Source of the DNA: Escherichia coli O15:H12 | Lineage (GTDB): Bacteria > Pseudomonadota > Gammaproteobacteria > Enterobacterales > Enterobacteriaceae | Strand: one strand, 5' to 3' | Assembly: GCF_014770655.1 (NCBI RefSeq) | Contig: NZ_CP061749.1 | DNA: 32,000 nt | In this document: piece by piece, positions 14,895 through 26,690 of the stretch | Numbering within the stretch: position 1 is the first letter of the stretch | Layout: each line of letters opens with the position of its first letter | Notes under the pieces: generated by a model | Databases searched by the model: none | Told to the model about the DNA's origin: nothing | The model's input: the letters and a program-made list of their open reading frames with translations, nothing else | Translations under genes and position numbers: made by a program

Positions 14895-16109
14895 TCATGC
14901 GTGTTTTTCAAACACCATATGCACCACATTTCCGCCATGCTCGAGAGAATCCATATAGTCGGCATACCATTGAAGCATCTCCCGCCTTCCATCCAGATAT
15001 TGCGCATGGTTGTATGTGCCACGAATTGAGTTCTTATCAACGTGAGCGAGCTGCGTTTCTATCCACGCGGTGTTATAGCCCTGCTCATGCAAAATCGTAC
15101 TCATAGTGTGCCGGAACCCATGACCAGTTACACGTCCAGCGTAGCCAATGCGCTTAAACACTTGGTTTATGCTGGCCTCGCTCATTGTTTTCCTTGGATC
15201 ATTGCGCCCGGGAAACATAAGAGGGTAATTGCCTGTTATTTCTCTAATCTTCCCAATAAGCGAAAGAGCCTGCTCAGACAATGGCACAATATGAGGCCGC
15301 CGCATTTTCATACGTGAAGCGGGTATCTCCCAGATAGCCTTGTTGAAATCAATTTCATCCCATAATGCGCCACGTAGTTCGCCAGTCCGCAAGCCGGTGA
15401 TAATCAGTAGACGAGCCGCCATAACAACCAATGCGCTTCCTGAGTAACTGGACAATGCCTTGAAAAAATCAGGTAATTCTTTGGCTGTAAGGAAAGGGTA
15501 ATGATTAGATTCATGGCCTTGCATCGCGCTAGTAAGGTCTGGTGCAGGGTTATACTCTGCGCGACCAGTGACTATTGCATAGCGGAAAACTTCCCCGCAC
15601 CGTTGCCTCACTTTTTTGGCTTTTTCTGTAGCACCGCGCCCCTCGATGCGACGCAGCACATTCAGAAGTTCAAGTGGTTTGATTTCGGCGATGGGTTTTT
15701 TGCCAATGTAAGGGAACACATCTTTGTTGAAGGCTTCGAGGATGTCTGAAGCATAACCATCAGACCATTTTTTTAATTTGCTGCTGTGCCACTCAAGGGC
15801 AATATCTTTGAAGGTGTTGTTTAACTGCGTTTCCCGGGCAATCTTTTCCTCTCGTTTCGCTTCCATCGGATCGATACCACCAGCGATACCTCTTTTCGCA
15901 TCTTCACGTTTTGCCCGAGCATCGGCTAGAGTAACCTCAGGATACACACCTAGTGCCAATAGCTTCTCTTTACCAGCTACACGATATTTAAGTCGCCAGT
16001 ATTTACCTCCATTAGGTTTTACCAAGAGATACAAACCGCCACCATCGGTCAGCTTGTAAGCCTTCTCTTTTGGCTTGGCTGTGTCTATTTGACGGGCATT
16101 GAGTTTCAC
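14895..16109 (-). CDS. int: P4-type tyrosine recombinase/integrase
   Basis: 404 aa; N-terminal LTDGGGLYLLVKPNGGKYW, catalytic TGLRTGELRGALWDEID, HGFRHTMSTILHE, NHAQYLDGRREML. Confidence 0.95.
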   Translation of the reverse strand: MKLNARQIDTAKPKEKAYKLTDGGGLYLLVKPNGGKYWRLKYRVAGKEKLLALGVYPEVTLADARAKREDAKRGIAGGIDPMEAKREEKIARETQLNNTFKDIALEWHSSKLKKWSDGYASDILEAFNKDVFPYIGKKPIAEIKPLELLNVLRRIEGRGATEKAKKVRQRCGEVFRYAIVTGRAEYNPAPDLTSAMQGHESNHYPFLTAKELPDFFKALSSYSGSALVVMAARLLIITGLRTGELRGALWDEIDFNKAIWEIPASRMKMRRPHIVPLSEQALSLIGKIREITGNYPLMFPGRNDPRKTMSEASINQVFKRIGYAGRVTGHGFRHTMSTILHEQGYNTAWIETQLAHVDKNSIRGTYNHAQYLDGRREMLQWYADYMDSLEHGGNVVHMVFEKHA

Positions 16110-16111
16110 TT

Positions 16112-16257
16112 GGGGGTACCTCCACTAAACCGAACAGCAAATACCCCCATAAGTACCCCCATCTGACCGTAGATTTTGAGGGACTTTAGTAGACGTCAAA
16201 AGACGAACGGGGCTTTAATACGCGGATTATAAGGGGTTTTGAAAGACTTTAGTAGAC
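16112..16257. promoter_or_regulatory. Candidate integrase arm-type/excisionase sites of the att region
   Basis: TACCCCC(AT) at 16112-16118 (inverted), 16142-16150, 16154-16162. GACTTTAGTAGAC direct repeat at 16182-16194 and 16245-16257. Confidence 0.5.
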
Positions 16258-16274
16258 TTGGGGAGATGTTTGAA

Positions 16275-16350
16275 TGGTGCCGATAATAGGAGTCGAACCT
16301 ACGACCTTCGCATTACGAATGCGCTGCTCTACCAACTGAGCTATATCGGC
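16275..16350 (-). tRNA. thrW: tRNA-Thr (CGT anticodon), integration site
   Basis: GCCGATATAGCTCAGTTGGTAGAGCAGCGCATTCGTAATGCGAAGGTCGTAGGTTCGACTCCTATTATCGGCACCA, 76 nt with CCA. Confidence 0.98.
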
Positions 16351-16464
16351 CCTGAAAGGACATGTTCACGAACGTGAATCACGGTGGACAAGGTTAAAAC
16401 TAACCGGGCGATGCGTCAATGGCCTTGTGAATCAAATGGCTACTTTTGCATCACCCGGTTTTAT

Positions 16465-17718
16465 TTACGCACGAATGGTGTAATCACCAATACCGATCCA
16501 CTTGTAAGTGGTCAGTGCTTCCAGCCCCATTGGGCCACGCGCGTGGAGTTTTTGTGTGCTTACCGCCACTTCCGCACCCAGTCCAAACTGGCCGCCGTCG
16601 GTAAAACGCGTAGAGGCGTTAACGTAAACAGCGGACGAATCCACTTCGTTAACAAAACGCTGGGCGTTGCGCATATCGCGGGTCAGGATCGCATCGGAGT
16701 GTTGTGTGCCGTGTTCACGAATATGGGCGATGGCATCGTCAAGATCACTGACGATTTTGACGTTCAAATCTAATGACAGAAACTCATCGTCATACTCTTC
16801 CGCTTTAACAGCCACCACCTTCGCGGGGCCTGTCTGCAACTGCGCCAGCGCAGCTGCATCTGCGTGTAATGCCACGCCGCTTTCCTCCATTTGTTTGCTT
16901 AATGCGGGCAGGAAGCTATCGGCGATGTTTTTATTCACCAGCAACGTTTCTACCGTATTACATGTGCTCGGACGCTGAGTTTTCGCGTTGACGATCACTT
17001 TTAATGCTTCAGCAATCTCTACACTTTCATCAACATAAATATGGCATACGCCTATACCACCTGTGATCACCGGGATCGTCGACTGTTCGCGGCACAGTTT
17101 ATGCAAACCAGCGCCACCACGCGGGATCAGCATGTCGATGTATTTATCCATACGCAGCATTTCACTGACCAGCGCACGGTCAGGATTATCAATCGCCTGC
17201 ACGGCACCCACCGGTAAGCCACAGGATTTCAGGGCGTCCTGAATCACCGCCACCGTTGCCGCGTTAGTGCGACAGGTTTCTTTACCGCCACGCAGAATCA
17301 CTGCGTTACCGGTTTTCAGGCACAGCGAAGCGACATCAACCGTCACGTTCGGGCGCGCTTCATAAATCACGCCAATAACCCCCAGCGGTACGCGACGACG
17401 CTCAAGACGCAGGCCGCTGTCCAGTACGCTGCCATCGATTACCTGCCCCACCGGATCGGCGAGGTTACACACCTGGCGCACATCATCGGCAATGCCTTTC
17501 AGCCGTGCGGGCGTCAGTGCCAGACGGTCAAGCATCGCTTCGCCAAGGCCATTGGCACGCGCGTCAGCAACATCCTGGGCGTTAGCGTTGAGGATGATTT
17601 CGCTTTGTGCTTCCAGTTCATCGGCGATTTTTTCCAGCACGCGATTTTTTTCGCGGCTGGAGAGTTGCGCTAATTTATACGAGGCTTGCTTCGCGGCAAT
17701 GCCCATTTGTTCCAGCAT
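16465..17718 (-). CDS. proA: Gamma-glutamyl phosphate reductase
   Basis: 417 aa, near-identical to E. coli ProA from memory. Confidence 0.99.
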   Translation of the reverse strand: MLEQMGIAAKQASYKLAQLSSREKNRVLEKIADELEAQSEIILNANAQDVADARANGLGEAMLDRLALTPARLKGIADDVRQVCNLADPVGQVIDGSVLDSGLRLERRRVPLGVIGVIYEARPNVTVDVASLCLKTGNAVILRGGKETCRTNAATVAVIQDALKSCGLPVGAVQAIDNPDRALVSEMLRMDKYIDMLIPRGGAGLHKLCREQSTIPVITGGIGVCHIYVDESVEIAEALKVIVNAKTQRPSTCNTVETLLVNKNIADSFLPALSKQMEESGVALHADAAALAQLQTGPAKVVAVKAEEYDDEFLSLDLNVKIVSDLDDAIAHIREHGTQHSDAILTRDMRNAQRFVNEVDSSAVYVNASTRFTDGGQFGLGAEVAVSTQKLHARGPMGLEALTTYKWIGIGDYTIRA

Positions 17719-17729
17719 CAGCCTGCTCC

Positions 17730-18833
17730 TTAACGGGTAATCATGTCATCACGGTGAACGGCAACCGGGCCGTATTCATATCCCAGTATTGCATCAATTT
17801 CTTGCGAGTGGTGCCCGGCAATACGGCGTAATGCATCGCTGTTGTAACGACTGACGCCGTGGGCGATATCGCGACCTTCGAGGTTGCAAATGCGGATGAC
17901 TTCACCACGCGAGAAATTGCCAGTCACGCTTTTAATGCCTTTCGGCAACAGGGAGCTGCCGCGTTCAAGAATGGCGGCGGTTGCCCCTTCATCTACCGTG
18001 ATTTCACCCGCCGGCGGCGCACCGAAAATCCAGCGTTTACGGTTTTCAAGCGGAGTCGCCTGGGCATGGAACAGCGTACCGACGGAAATGCCTTCCATCA
18101 CATCACCAATAACGCCCGGCTTGCTGCCCGCGGCAATAATGGTGTCGATACCCGCACGGCAAGCCACGTCAGCGGCCTGCAATTTGGTACTCATGCCGCC
18201 AGTTCCGAGGCCTGAAACGCTGTCACCGGCAATCGCGCGCAGTGCGTCATCAATGCCGTAAACATCTTTAATCAGTTCTGCCTGCGGATTGCTGCGCGGA
18301 TCAGCGGTATACAAACCTTTTTGATCGGTCAGCAGCAACAGTTTATCGGCACCCGCCAGAATCGCCGCCAGCGCAGAAAGGTTATCGTTATCGCCGACCT
18401 TAATCTCTGCCGTAGCGACAGCATCGTTCTCATTGATTACCGGAACGATATTGTTATCGAGCAACGCACGCAGGGTGTCGCGGGCGTTCAGGAAGCGTTC
18501 ACGGTCTTCCATATCAGCACGGGTCAGCAGCATCTGCCCGACGTGAATGCCATAAATCGAAAACAGCTGTTCCCACAGTTGAATCAGTCGACTCTGCCCT
18601 ACCGCCGCCAGCAATTGTTTCGAGGCGATAGTCGCTGGCAGTTCCGGGTAACCCAGGTGCTCACGTCCGGCGGCAATCGCGCCCGACGTCACAATAACAA
18701 TCCGATGCCCGGCGGCATGTAACTGCGCGCACTGGCGAACAAGTTCAACGATATGGGCACGGTTCAGACGGCGCGATCCGCCTGTTAGCACACTGGTGCC
18801 GAGTTTTACCACCAGCGTCTGGCTGTCACTCAT
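17730..18833 (-). CDS. proB: Glutamate 5-kinase
   Basis: [20 protein letters not shown]..., 367 aa; the ORF track extends 29 aa upstream of the usual start. Confidence 0.98.
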
Positions 18834-19021
18834 GATTCTCTGCCATTCAATTTTAGGAAAAATGATATCAAACGAACGTTTTAGCAGGACTGTCGTCGGT
18901 TGCCAACCATCTGCGAGCAAAGCATGGCGTTTTGTTGCGCGGGATCAGCAAGCCTAGCGGCAGTTGTTTACGCTTTTATTACAGATTTAATAAATTACCA
19001 CATTTTAAGAATATTATTAAT

Positions 19022-19039
19022 CTGTAATATATCTTTAAC
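19022..19039 (+). promoter_or_regulatory. Pho box (PhoB site) upstream of phoE
   Basis: CTGTAATATATCTTTAAC, resembles Pho box consensus CTGTCATAAANCTGTCAT. Confidence 0.8.
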
Positions 19040-19120
19040 AATCTCAGGTTAAAAACTTTCCTGTTTTCAACGGGACTCTCCCGCTGAATATTCGCGCGTT
19101 AATTAAAATCAGGAATGAAA

Positions 19121-20176
19121 ATGAAAAAGAGCACTCTGGCATTAGTGGTGATGGGCATTGTGGCATCTGCATCCGTACAGGCCGCAGAAATATATAACAA
19201 AGACGGTAATAAACTGGATGTCTATGGCAAAGTTAAAGCCATGCATTATATGAGTGATAACGACAGTAAAGATGGCGACCAGAGTTATATCCGTTTTGGT
19301 TTTAAAGGCGAAACACAAATTAACGATCAACTGACTGGTTATGGTCGTTGGGAAGCAGAATTTGCCGGTAATAAAGCAGAGAGTGATACTGCACAGCAAA
19401 AAACGCGTCTCGCTTTTGCCGGGTTGAAATATAAAGATTTGGGTTCTTTCGATTATGGTCGTAACCTGGGCGCGTTGTATGACGTGGAAGCCTGGACCGA
19501 TATGTTCCCGGAATTTGGTGGCGACTCCTCGGCGCAGACCGACAACTTTATGACCAAACGCGCCAGCGGTCTGGCGACGTATCGGAACACCGACTTCTTC
19601 GGCGTTATCGATGGCCTGAACTTAACCCTGCAATATCAAGGGAAAAACGAAAACCGCGACGTTAAAAAGCAAAACGGCGATGGCTTCGGCACGTCATTGA
19701 CATATGACTTTGGCGGCAGCGATTTCGCCATTAGTGGGGCCTATACCAACTCAGATCGCACCAACGAGCAGAACCTGCAAAGCCGTGGCACAGGCAAGCG
19801 AGCAGAAGCATGGGCAACAGGTCTGAAATACGATGCCAATAATATTTATCTGGCAACTTTTTATTCTGAAACACGCAAAATGACGCCAATAACTGGCGGC
19901 TTTGCCAATAAGACACAGAACTTTGAAGCGGTCGCTCAATACCAGTTTGACTTTGGTCTGCGTCCATCGCTGGGTTATGTCTTATCGAAAGGGAAAGATA
20001 TTGAAGGTATCGGTGATGAAGATCTGGTCAATTATATCGATGTCGGTGCTACATATTATTTCAACAAAAATATGTCAGCGTTTGTAGATTATAAAATCAA
20101 CCAACTGGATAGCGATAACAAATTGAATATTAATAATGATGATATTGTCGCGGTTGGCATGACCTATCAGTTTTAA
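19121..20176 (+). CDS. phoE: Outer membrane porin PhoE
   Basis: [43 protein letters not shown]...VGMTYQF, 351 aa. Confidence 0.99.
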   Translation: MKKSTLALVVMGIVASASVQAAEIYNKDGNKLDVYGKVKAMHYMSDNDSKDGDQSYIRFGFKGETQINDQLTGYGRWEAEFAGNKAESDTAQQKTRLAFAGLKYKDLGSFDYGRNLGALYDVEAWTDMFPEFGGDSSAQTDNFMTKRASGLATYRNTDFFGVIDGLNLTLQYQGKNENRDVKKQNGDGFGTSLTYDFGGSDFAISGAYTNSDRTNEQNLQSRGTGKRAEAWATGLKYDANNIYLATFYSETRKMTPITGGFANKTQNFEAVAQYQFDFGLRPSLGYVLSKGKDIEGIGDEDLVNYIDVGATYYFNKNMSAFVDYKINQLDSDNKLNINNDDIVAVGMTYQF

Positions 20177-20183
20177 TGATTAT

Positions 20184-20206
20184 TGCCGGATGTGATGCAT
20201 CCGGCA
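20184..20206. repeat. REP-like palindrome between convergent phoE and crl
   Basis: TGCCGGATGTGATGCATCCGGCA. Confidence 0.7.
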
Positions 20207-20214
20207 CATTTCAC

Positions 20215-20673
<459 letters not shown>

Positions 20674-21918
20674 TTAACACAAACGTTTTTCGATCCAGTC
20701 TGTGATTTCCTGAAGACCTTTGTCAAAATTCCGATACACCGGGTTAAATGGGATCTCTAATAATTTACCGTCAGCAGATGATGAGGTGATTAAGCGTGAG
20801 TCCTCTTCTGGGCTGAACGGATCGTTCTTCCAGTAGCCTGATAACATTGGCGTTGGGCAGCGACGTCCCAGCAATCCTTGCACTTTTAATGAATAGCGAT
20901 TCAGCTCCACGCGCAACGCTTCGTCGGAAGCATCATGCATCCCCAAACGACTCGCCAGAACGTCAAGATACATTTCCGGCACCTGTTGCTGGCACTTAAA
21001 ATCACTCAACAGGGTATGAACTACCGGACCAAGACAGGCAACCGCTTTCAGACGCGGCGATTCAAGGTATGCCAGACGCACGGCAACGTTAGCGCCGAAA
21101 CGGAAACCAAAGGCCGCGACGCGAGTGTGATCCACCCACGGTACGTTAGGCAGCGCCTTTAAGACGTGCTGATGCAACAGGCTGGAGTCCTGGGTGAGCT
21201 TCCATTTTGATGAAAAGCCCACCGACGGCATATCAATAGTCAGCATCGCAATGCCGCGCGGCGCAAAATAACGTTCATACAGGCTGTAATAGTCCGTCTG
21301 CATCGCATCCAGACCACCACACATTAATACCGTCGGGAACGGGCCATCGCCTTTCGGCATATGCAAAAAGCCGGTGATGGGCGCACCGCCGGGTACGGTA
21401 AACTCCATCTGCCGCATCGTGCCCGGTAGACGCTGAGCGGCCTCTTCATAGGCGCGGTTTGACAAAGCCTGCGCTTGCTCGGCCAGGTCATCTCCTTTCA
21501 GATGAGGATAGGCGGCAATGTTGTACAACGTAGCCGCATGCAGCCAGTGACGACCACTGAGTTGCGGATCTTCTTCCGCACAGGCTTTTTGTTGCCACAC
21601 CATCGCCTGGGTGGCCCACTCATAAATCCAGTTGCCGCCACGGTAGCCAATCACCGTATCGTATAAATCATCGTCGGTACGTTCGGCATCGCTCATCACA
21701 ATACGTGCCTGGACGTCGAGGATTTCGCGTGGATCAATGCCGCGCCAGATCCACATCAGACGGTTAATCATGCGATACCAGTGAGGGATGGTTTTACCAT
21801 CAAGGGCCGACTGCACAGGCGGTTGTGCGCCGTGATTAAAGCGGCGGACTAGCGTCGAGGTTTCAGGATGTTTAAAGCGGGGTTTGAACAGGGTTTCGCT
21901 CAGGTTTGCCTGTGTCAT
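20674..21918 (-). CDS. frsA: FrsA (YafA) esterase
   Basis: 414 aa, [30 protein letters not shown]... Confidence 0.97.
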
Positions 21919-22009
21919 GGATGCAGCCTCCAGAATACTTACTGGAAACTATTGTAACCCGCCTGAAGTTAAAAAGAACAACGCCCGGCAGTACCAGGCG
22001 TTGAAAAGA

Positions 22010-22468
22010 TTAGCGACCGGAGATTGGCGGGACGAATACGACGCCCATATCCCACGGCTGTTCGATCCAGGTATCTTGCGGGATATCAACAACATAATCA
22101 TCAACCAGCGGACGACCAGCCGGTTTTGCAAAGATGGTGACAAAGTGCGCTTTTGGATACATTTCACGAATCGCAACCGCAGTACCACCGGTATCCACCA
22201 GGTCATCAATAACGATGAAGCCTTCGCCATCGCCTTCTGCGCGTTTCAGCACTTTAAGCTCGCGCTGGTTGTCGTGATCGTAGCTGGAAATACAAACGGT
22301 ATCGACATGACGAATACCCAGTTCACGCGCCAGTAACGCACCCGGTACCAGACCGCCACGGCTTACGGCAATAATGCCTTTCCATTGTTCAGAAGGCATC
22401 AGTCGGCTTGCGAGTTTACGTGCATGGATCTGCAACATGTCCCAGGTGACGATGTATTTTTCGCTCAT
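22010..22468 (-). CDS. gpt: Xanthine-guanine phosphoribosyltransferase
   Basis: 152 aa, [29 protein letters not shown]... Confidence 0.99.
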
Positions 22469-22728
22469 GTGAAGTGTCCCAGCCTGTTTATCTACGGCTT
22501 AAAAAGTGTTCGAGGGGAAAATAGGTTGCGCGAGATTATAGAGATCTGGCGCACTAAAAACCAGTATTTCACATGAGTCCGCGTCTTTTTACGCACTGCC
22601 TCTCCCTGACGCGGGATAAAGTGGTATTCTCAAACATATCTCGCAAGCCTGTCTTGTGTTGACAACATTTTCTGCTAACCCTGTGACCTGCAATACTGTT
22701 TTGCGGGTGATCGACAAGGAGACTTAAC

Positions 22729-24186
22729 GTGTCTGAACTGTCTCAATTATCTCCACAGCCGCTGTGGGATATTTTTGCCAAAATCTGTTCTATTCCTCAC
22801 CCGTCCTATCATGAAGAGCAACTCGCTGAATACATTGTTGGTTGGGCAAAAGAGAAAGGTTTCCATGTCGAACGCGATCAGGTAGGTAATATCCTGATTC
22901 GTAAACCTGCTACCGCAGGTATGGAAAATCGTAAACCGGTCGTCTTGCAGGCCCACCTCGATATGGTGCCGCAGAAAAATAACGACACCGTGCATGACTT
23001 CACGAAAGATCCTATCCAGCCTTATATTGATGGCGAATGGGTTAAAGCGCGCGGCACCACGCTGGGTGCAGATAACGGCATTGGTATGGCGTCTGCGCTG
23101 GCGGTTCTGGCTGACGAAAACGTGGTTCACGGCCCGCTGGAAGTGCTGCTGACCATGACCGAAGAAGCCGGTATGGACGGTGCGTTCGGCTTACAGAGCA
23201 ACTGGTTGCAGGCTGATATTCTGATTAACACCGACTCCGAAGAAGAAGGTGAAATCTACATGGGTTGCGCGGGGGGTATCGACTTCACCTCCAACCTGCA
23301 TTTGGATCGTGAAGCGGTTCCAGCTGGCTTTGAAACCTTCAAGTTAACCTTAAAAGGTCTAAAAGGCGGTCACTCCGGCGGTGAAATCCACGTTGGCCTG
23401 GGTAATGCCAACAAACTGCTGGTGCGCTTCCTGGCGGGTCATGCGGAAGAGCTGGACCTGCACCTTATCGATTTCAACGGTGGCACACTGCGTAACGCCA
23501 TCCCGCGTGAAGCCTTTGCGACCATTGCTGTCGCAGCTGATAAAGTCGACGCCCTGAAATCTCTGGTGAATACCTATCAGGACATCCTGAAAAACGAGCT
23601 GGCAGAGAAAGAGAAGAATCTGGCCTTGTTGCTGGACTCTGTAGCGAACGATAAAGCTGCTCTGATTGCGAAATCTCGCGATACCTTTATTCGTCTGCTG
23701 AACGCCACCCCGAACGGTGTGATCCGCAATTCCGACGTGGCAAAAGGTGTGGTCGAAACCTCCCTGAACGTCGGTGTGGTGACCATGACTGACAATAACG
23801 TAGAAATTCACTGCCTGATCCGTTCACTGATCGACAGCGGTAAAGACTACGTGGTGAGCATGCTGGATTCGCTGGGTAAACTGGCTGGCGCGAAAACCGA
23901 AGCGAAAGGCGCATATCCTGGCTGGCAGCCGGACGCTAATTCTCCGGTGATGCATCTGGTACGTGAAACCTATCAGCGCCTGTTCAACAAGACGCCGAAC
24001 ATCCAGATTATCCACGCGGGCCTGGAATGTGGTCTGTTTAAAAAACCGTATCCGGAAATGGACATGGTTTCTATCGGGCCAACTATCACCGGTCCACACT
24101 CTCCGGATGAGCAAGTTCACATCAAAAGCGTAGGTCATTACTGGACACTGCTGACTGAACTGCTGAAAGAAATTCCGGCGAAGTAA
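22729..24186 (+). CDS. pepD: Aminoacyl-histidine dipeptidase (peptidase D)
   Basis: 485 aa, MSELSQLSPQPLWDIFAKICSIPHPSYHEEQLAEYIV... Confidence 0.99.
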   Translation: MSELSQLSPQPLWDIFAKICSIPHPSYHEEQLAEYIVGWAKEKGFHVERDQVGNILIRKPATAGMENRKPVVLQAHLDMVPQKNNDTVHDFTKDPIQPYIDGEWVKARGTTLGADNGIGMASALAVLADENVVHGPLEVLLTMTEEAGMDGAFGLQSNWLQADILINTDSEEEGEIYMGCAGGIDFTSNLHLDREAVPAGFETFKLTLKGLKGGHSGGEIHVGLGNANKLLVRFLAGHAEELDLHLIDFNGGTLRNAIPREAFATIAVAADKVDALKSLVNTYQDILKNELAEKEKNLALLLDSVANDKAALIAKSRDTFIRLLNATPNGVIRNSDVAKGVVETSLNVGVVTMTDNNVEIHCLIRSLIDSGKDYVVSMLDSLGKLAGAKTEAKGAYPGWQPDANSPVMHLVRETYQRLFNKTPNIQIIHAGLECGLFKKPYPEMDMVSIGPTITGPHSPDEQVHIKSVGHYWTLLTELLKEIPAK

Positions 24187-24197
24187 TTATTTGATTT

Positions 24198-24231
24198 GCT
24201 GCCGGATGGCGTTTAATCGCCTTCCGGCAGT
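24198..24231. repeat. REP-like palindrome 3' of pepD
   Basis: GCTGCCGGATGGCGTTTAATCGCCTTCCGGCAG. Confidence 0.75.
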
Positions 24232-24242
24232 TTCATCCTTCA

Positions 24243-24600
24243 TTATCCTTCGATAAAAGCCATCCCTGTAAATGTCCGTCGCGGGTTGCCACGTTCAATC
24301 TGGTGATGGAACATTCGCCGCTGCGATTTCAGCGCCGCGCTATTTTCCTGTTGCTGCTGCTCCAGCTTCCAGGCAATCAGCAATCGCGCCAGCCGTTTGT
24401 TAGCATGCCCAGAAACCAGTTTTTGCGCCCATGATGAGACCGATACGGACTCGGACAAATCCACTGAATAGTGCCGCACCAGCTTTCGCTTAATGCCCAT
24501 GCGTTATCGCCATCCAGAGAAACCAGCGCCGAACGCAGCGTGTCAGAGTAGCGGCCCGTTTCTGTTTCCAGCACCGTTACCGCGACGTCTTGCCGGATAA
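24243..24600 (-). pseudogene. prfH: prfH (peptide chain release factor homologue) remnant
   Basis: [61 protein letters not shown] in one frame and [54 protein letters not shown] in another. The intervening GGQ-bearing segment is absent. Confidence 0.85.
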
Positions 24601-24809
24601 AAACGACCAACAGAGAAGAACGCTGCGCCAATCGGATAGCCGCGTCCGGGATGTAAATCTGGCATCCCCACTACGCGCTGCATGTTGGGTAAATTTGCCG
24701 TGGTGTGTAATTGTTGGATCGCTAAACTCTCGATCCACAGGTCATCAGATGCGATGGTAAATACCGCATCGGATAAGGGACGAATATATTTGCCCATGTA
24801 CCATTCCAT
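24543..24809 (-). pseudogene. ykfJ: YkfJ: RtcB-like (rtcB2) N-terminal fragment read through into prfH remnant
   Basis: [35 protein letters not shown] is RtcB-like, then out-of-frame tail [15 protein letters not shown]. Confidence 0.85.
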
Positions 24810-24810
24810 T

Positions 24811-24937
24811 TATACTCGTCATACTTCAAGTTGCATGTACTGCGACTGCGTTCGTTCACCCCAGTCACTTACTTTAGTAAGCTCCTGGCGATTCACTCGC
24901 TTGTCACCTTCCTGCAACTCGAATTATTTAGAGTATA
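24811..24937. repeat. ERIC element (127 bp)
   Basis: Complement contains GTGAATCGCCAGGAGCTTACTAAAGTAAGTGACTGGGGTGAACG. Starts TATACTCGTCATACTTCAAG, ends AATTATTTAGAGTATA; length exactly 127 bp. Confidence 0.93.
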
Positions 24938-25115
24938 TAAATATTAAAAATCAGGAAATGGCAGACGAATCCAGGGCAAGAAAAAAAGAATTAATCCTGG
25001 AAAGGTCTGCAAAGAGTCATTGATAAAGGATTTGTCATGATTTACCTCCTTGCAGTTTGTGGAATAAGAAAACGCGCACATACCAGGCGGGCGTTATTTT
25101 CATTGCAAGCTGGAT

Positions 25116-25568
25116 TTAATGTTGCGGTTTATATCGCATATAAAAATTAGTAAACCACGCTCCCCGGCATTCAACGTGCTGCTGCTTAACTATCTGAAAA
25201 CCATAACGTTCAAAAAAGGGTTTTGCGGTTATGCTGGCGTCCACCGTAAGTTCGGATTCAGACTTAATCAAAGGTTTTAACAAGGCGCTGGCAACCCCGC
25301 GGCGGGTGTATTCAGGGTCAACAAATAACATATCGATATGACGTTCAATGCGGGAAATAAAACCAACCGGTTGTGCATTAATGACCGCAACCCACACTTG
25401 TGATTTCGCGAGTTTCTCCTTCCAGCAAGATTCGTCAATCTGCGCCCAGGCGGCAATTTGTTGTGGAGAATAGTGCTGACTGGCGGTCATCGTAACCGCT
25501 CTAATAAAAATAGCGCATAGTTGCTGAAAATCGCCAGGCTGATAGTTTCTTATTTGTATGTTGTTCAT
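25116..25568 (-). CDS. yafP: GNAT-family acetyltransferase YafP
   Basis: 150 aa, [43 protein letters not shown]... Confidence 0.96.
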   Translation of the reverse strand: MNNIQIRNYQPGDFQQLCAIFIRAVTMTASQHYSPQQIAAWAQIDESCWKEKLAKSQVWVAVINAQPVGFISRIERHIDMLFVDPEYTRRGVASALLKPLIKSESELTVDASITAKPFFERYGFQIVKQQHVECRGAWFTNFYMRYKPQH

Positions 25569-26620
25569 AATCCCAGCACCAGTTGTCTTTCCATTTGCGG
25601 ATCCAGTAGCGTCACATGTAGCCCCACCAGTCGCACACCGCGCCCGCCGCGGCGTTCATCCCAGGTTTTACGCGCGGTGGCGATTAGATCAGCTTTATTC
25701 AGCCGCGGCCAGACGTGCTCCTGGGTGGTTTGCTGAAAATCGTCGAACTTTAATTTCACCCCCTGGCGAGCAATCAGTAAATCAGGTTTTACCTTTGCCA
25801 GACGGCGTTCAAGTTCCGGATACAGCCGCTCGATAATCGCTTCACATTCAGACCAGTGATGAATATCTTCCGCCATCGTGCGTTCCACGCCGACGGATTT
25901 TCGTAACCGTTCGCTGTTAACGTCGCGCTCGTCAATCCCCTGACTACGCTCCCACAAAATGCGGCCAAATTTGCCAAAGCGTTTAAGCAGAATCACCAGA
26001 TCACACTTTTGTACATCACCGCAGGTCCGCAGCCCCATCGCTTCCAGTTTTGCCGCCGAGACTTTGCCGACGCCGGGAATTTTTGCCAGCGGTAGGGTTT
26101 GTAAAAATGCCGGAACTTCTGCCGGCGTAATCACAAACTGGCCGTTGGGTTTATTCATGTCGGAGGCGATTTTGGCGAGAAACTTTACTGGTGCCACGCC
26201 CGCAGACGCCGTCAGTTGCAGCTCGCTGAAAATCGTCTGGCGGATTTCCTGGGCGATGAGGGTCGCAGAACCGTGGCAATGGACGCTATCGGTGACGTCG
26301 AGATAAGCCTCATCCAGTGACAACGGTTCAATGCGCGAGGTGTAGCGCGAGAAGATTTCACGGATATGATTTGAGGCTTCTTTGTAGGCGTCAAAGCGCC
26401 CCGGAAGCAAGGTGAGATGCGGGCATAATTTGAGCGCCATCCCTGTCGGCATAGCGCTACGTACGCCAAATTTACGCGCGGGATAATTGGCGGTGCTGAT
26501 CACCCCCCGACGTTCGCGGCTGCCGCCAATAGCAATAGGGATATCGCGCAGGGCGGGATTGTCGCGCATCTCCACTGCGGCGAAAAAGCAGTCCATATCC
26601 ACATGAATGATTTTACGCAT
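25565..26620 (-). CDS. dinB: DNA polymerase IV
   Basis: 351 aa, [33 protein letters not shown]... Confidence 0.99.
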   Translation of the reverse strand: MRKIIHVDMDCFFAAVEMRDNPALRDIPIAIGGSRERRGVISTANYPARKFGVRSAMPTGMALKLCPHLTLLPGRFDAYKEASNHIREIFSRYTSRIEPLSLDEAYLDVTDSVHCHGSATLIAQEIRQTIFSELQLTASAGVAPVKFLAKIASDMNKPNGQFVITPAEVPAFLQTLPLAKIPGVGKVSAAKLEAMGLRTCGDVQKCDLVILLKRFGKFGRILWERSQGIDERDVNSERLRKSVGVERTMAEDIHHWSECEAIIERLYPELERRLAKVKPDLLIARQGVKLKFDDFQQTTQEHVWPRLNKADLIATARKTWDERRGGRGVRLVGLHVTLLDPQMERQLVLGL

Positions 26621-26690
26621 TACTCACCTCTCAACACTGGTAAAGTATACAGTGATTTCAGGGTTTGAGAAATGCGTAAAGATTCAGCAT

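Larger units (their letters stand above)
1..16275. mobile_element. Prophage-like element (right-hand part) integrated at thrW; continues beyond the left window edge
   Basis: P4-type integrase next to the tRNA 3' end, AlpA-like regulator, antirepressor, P4-like primase and P22-like ejection genes, nearly all on the minus strand. Core gene proA begins on the other side of the tRNA. Confidence 0.93.

Noticed and set aside
17859-18722. Plus-strand ORFs of 118-133 aa
   Set aside because: Antisense to proB, which is unmistakable on the minus strand.
25037-25150. 37-aa + strand [40 protein letters not shown]
   Set aside because: Short, overlaps the 3' end of yafP antisense, and shows no recognisable family or clear promoter.
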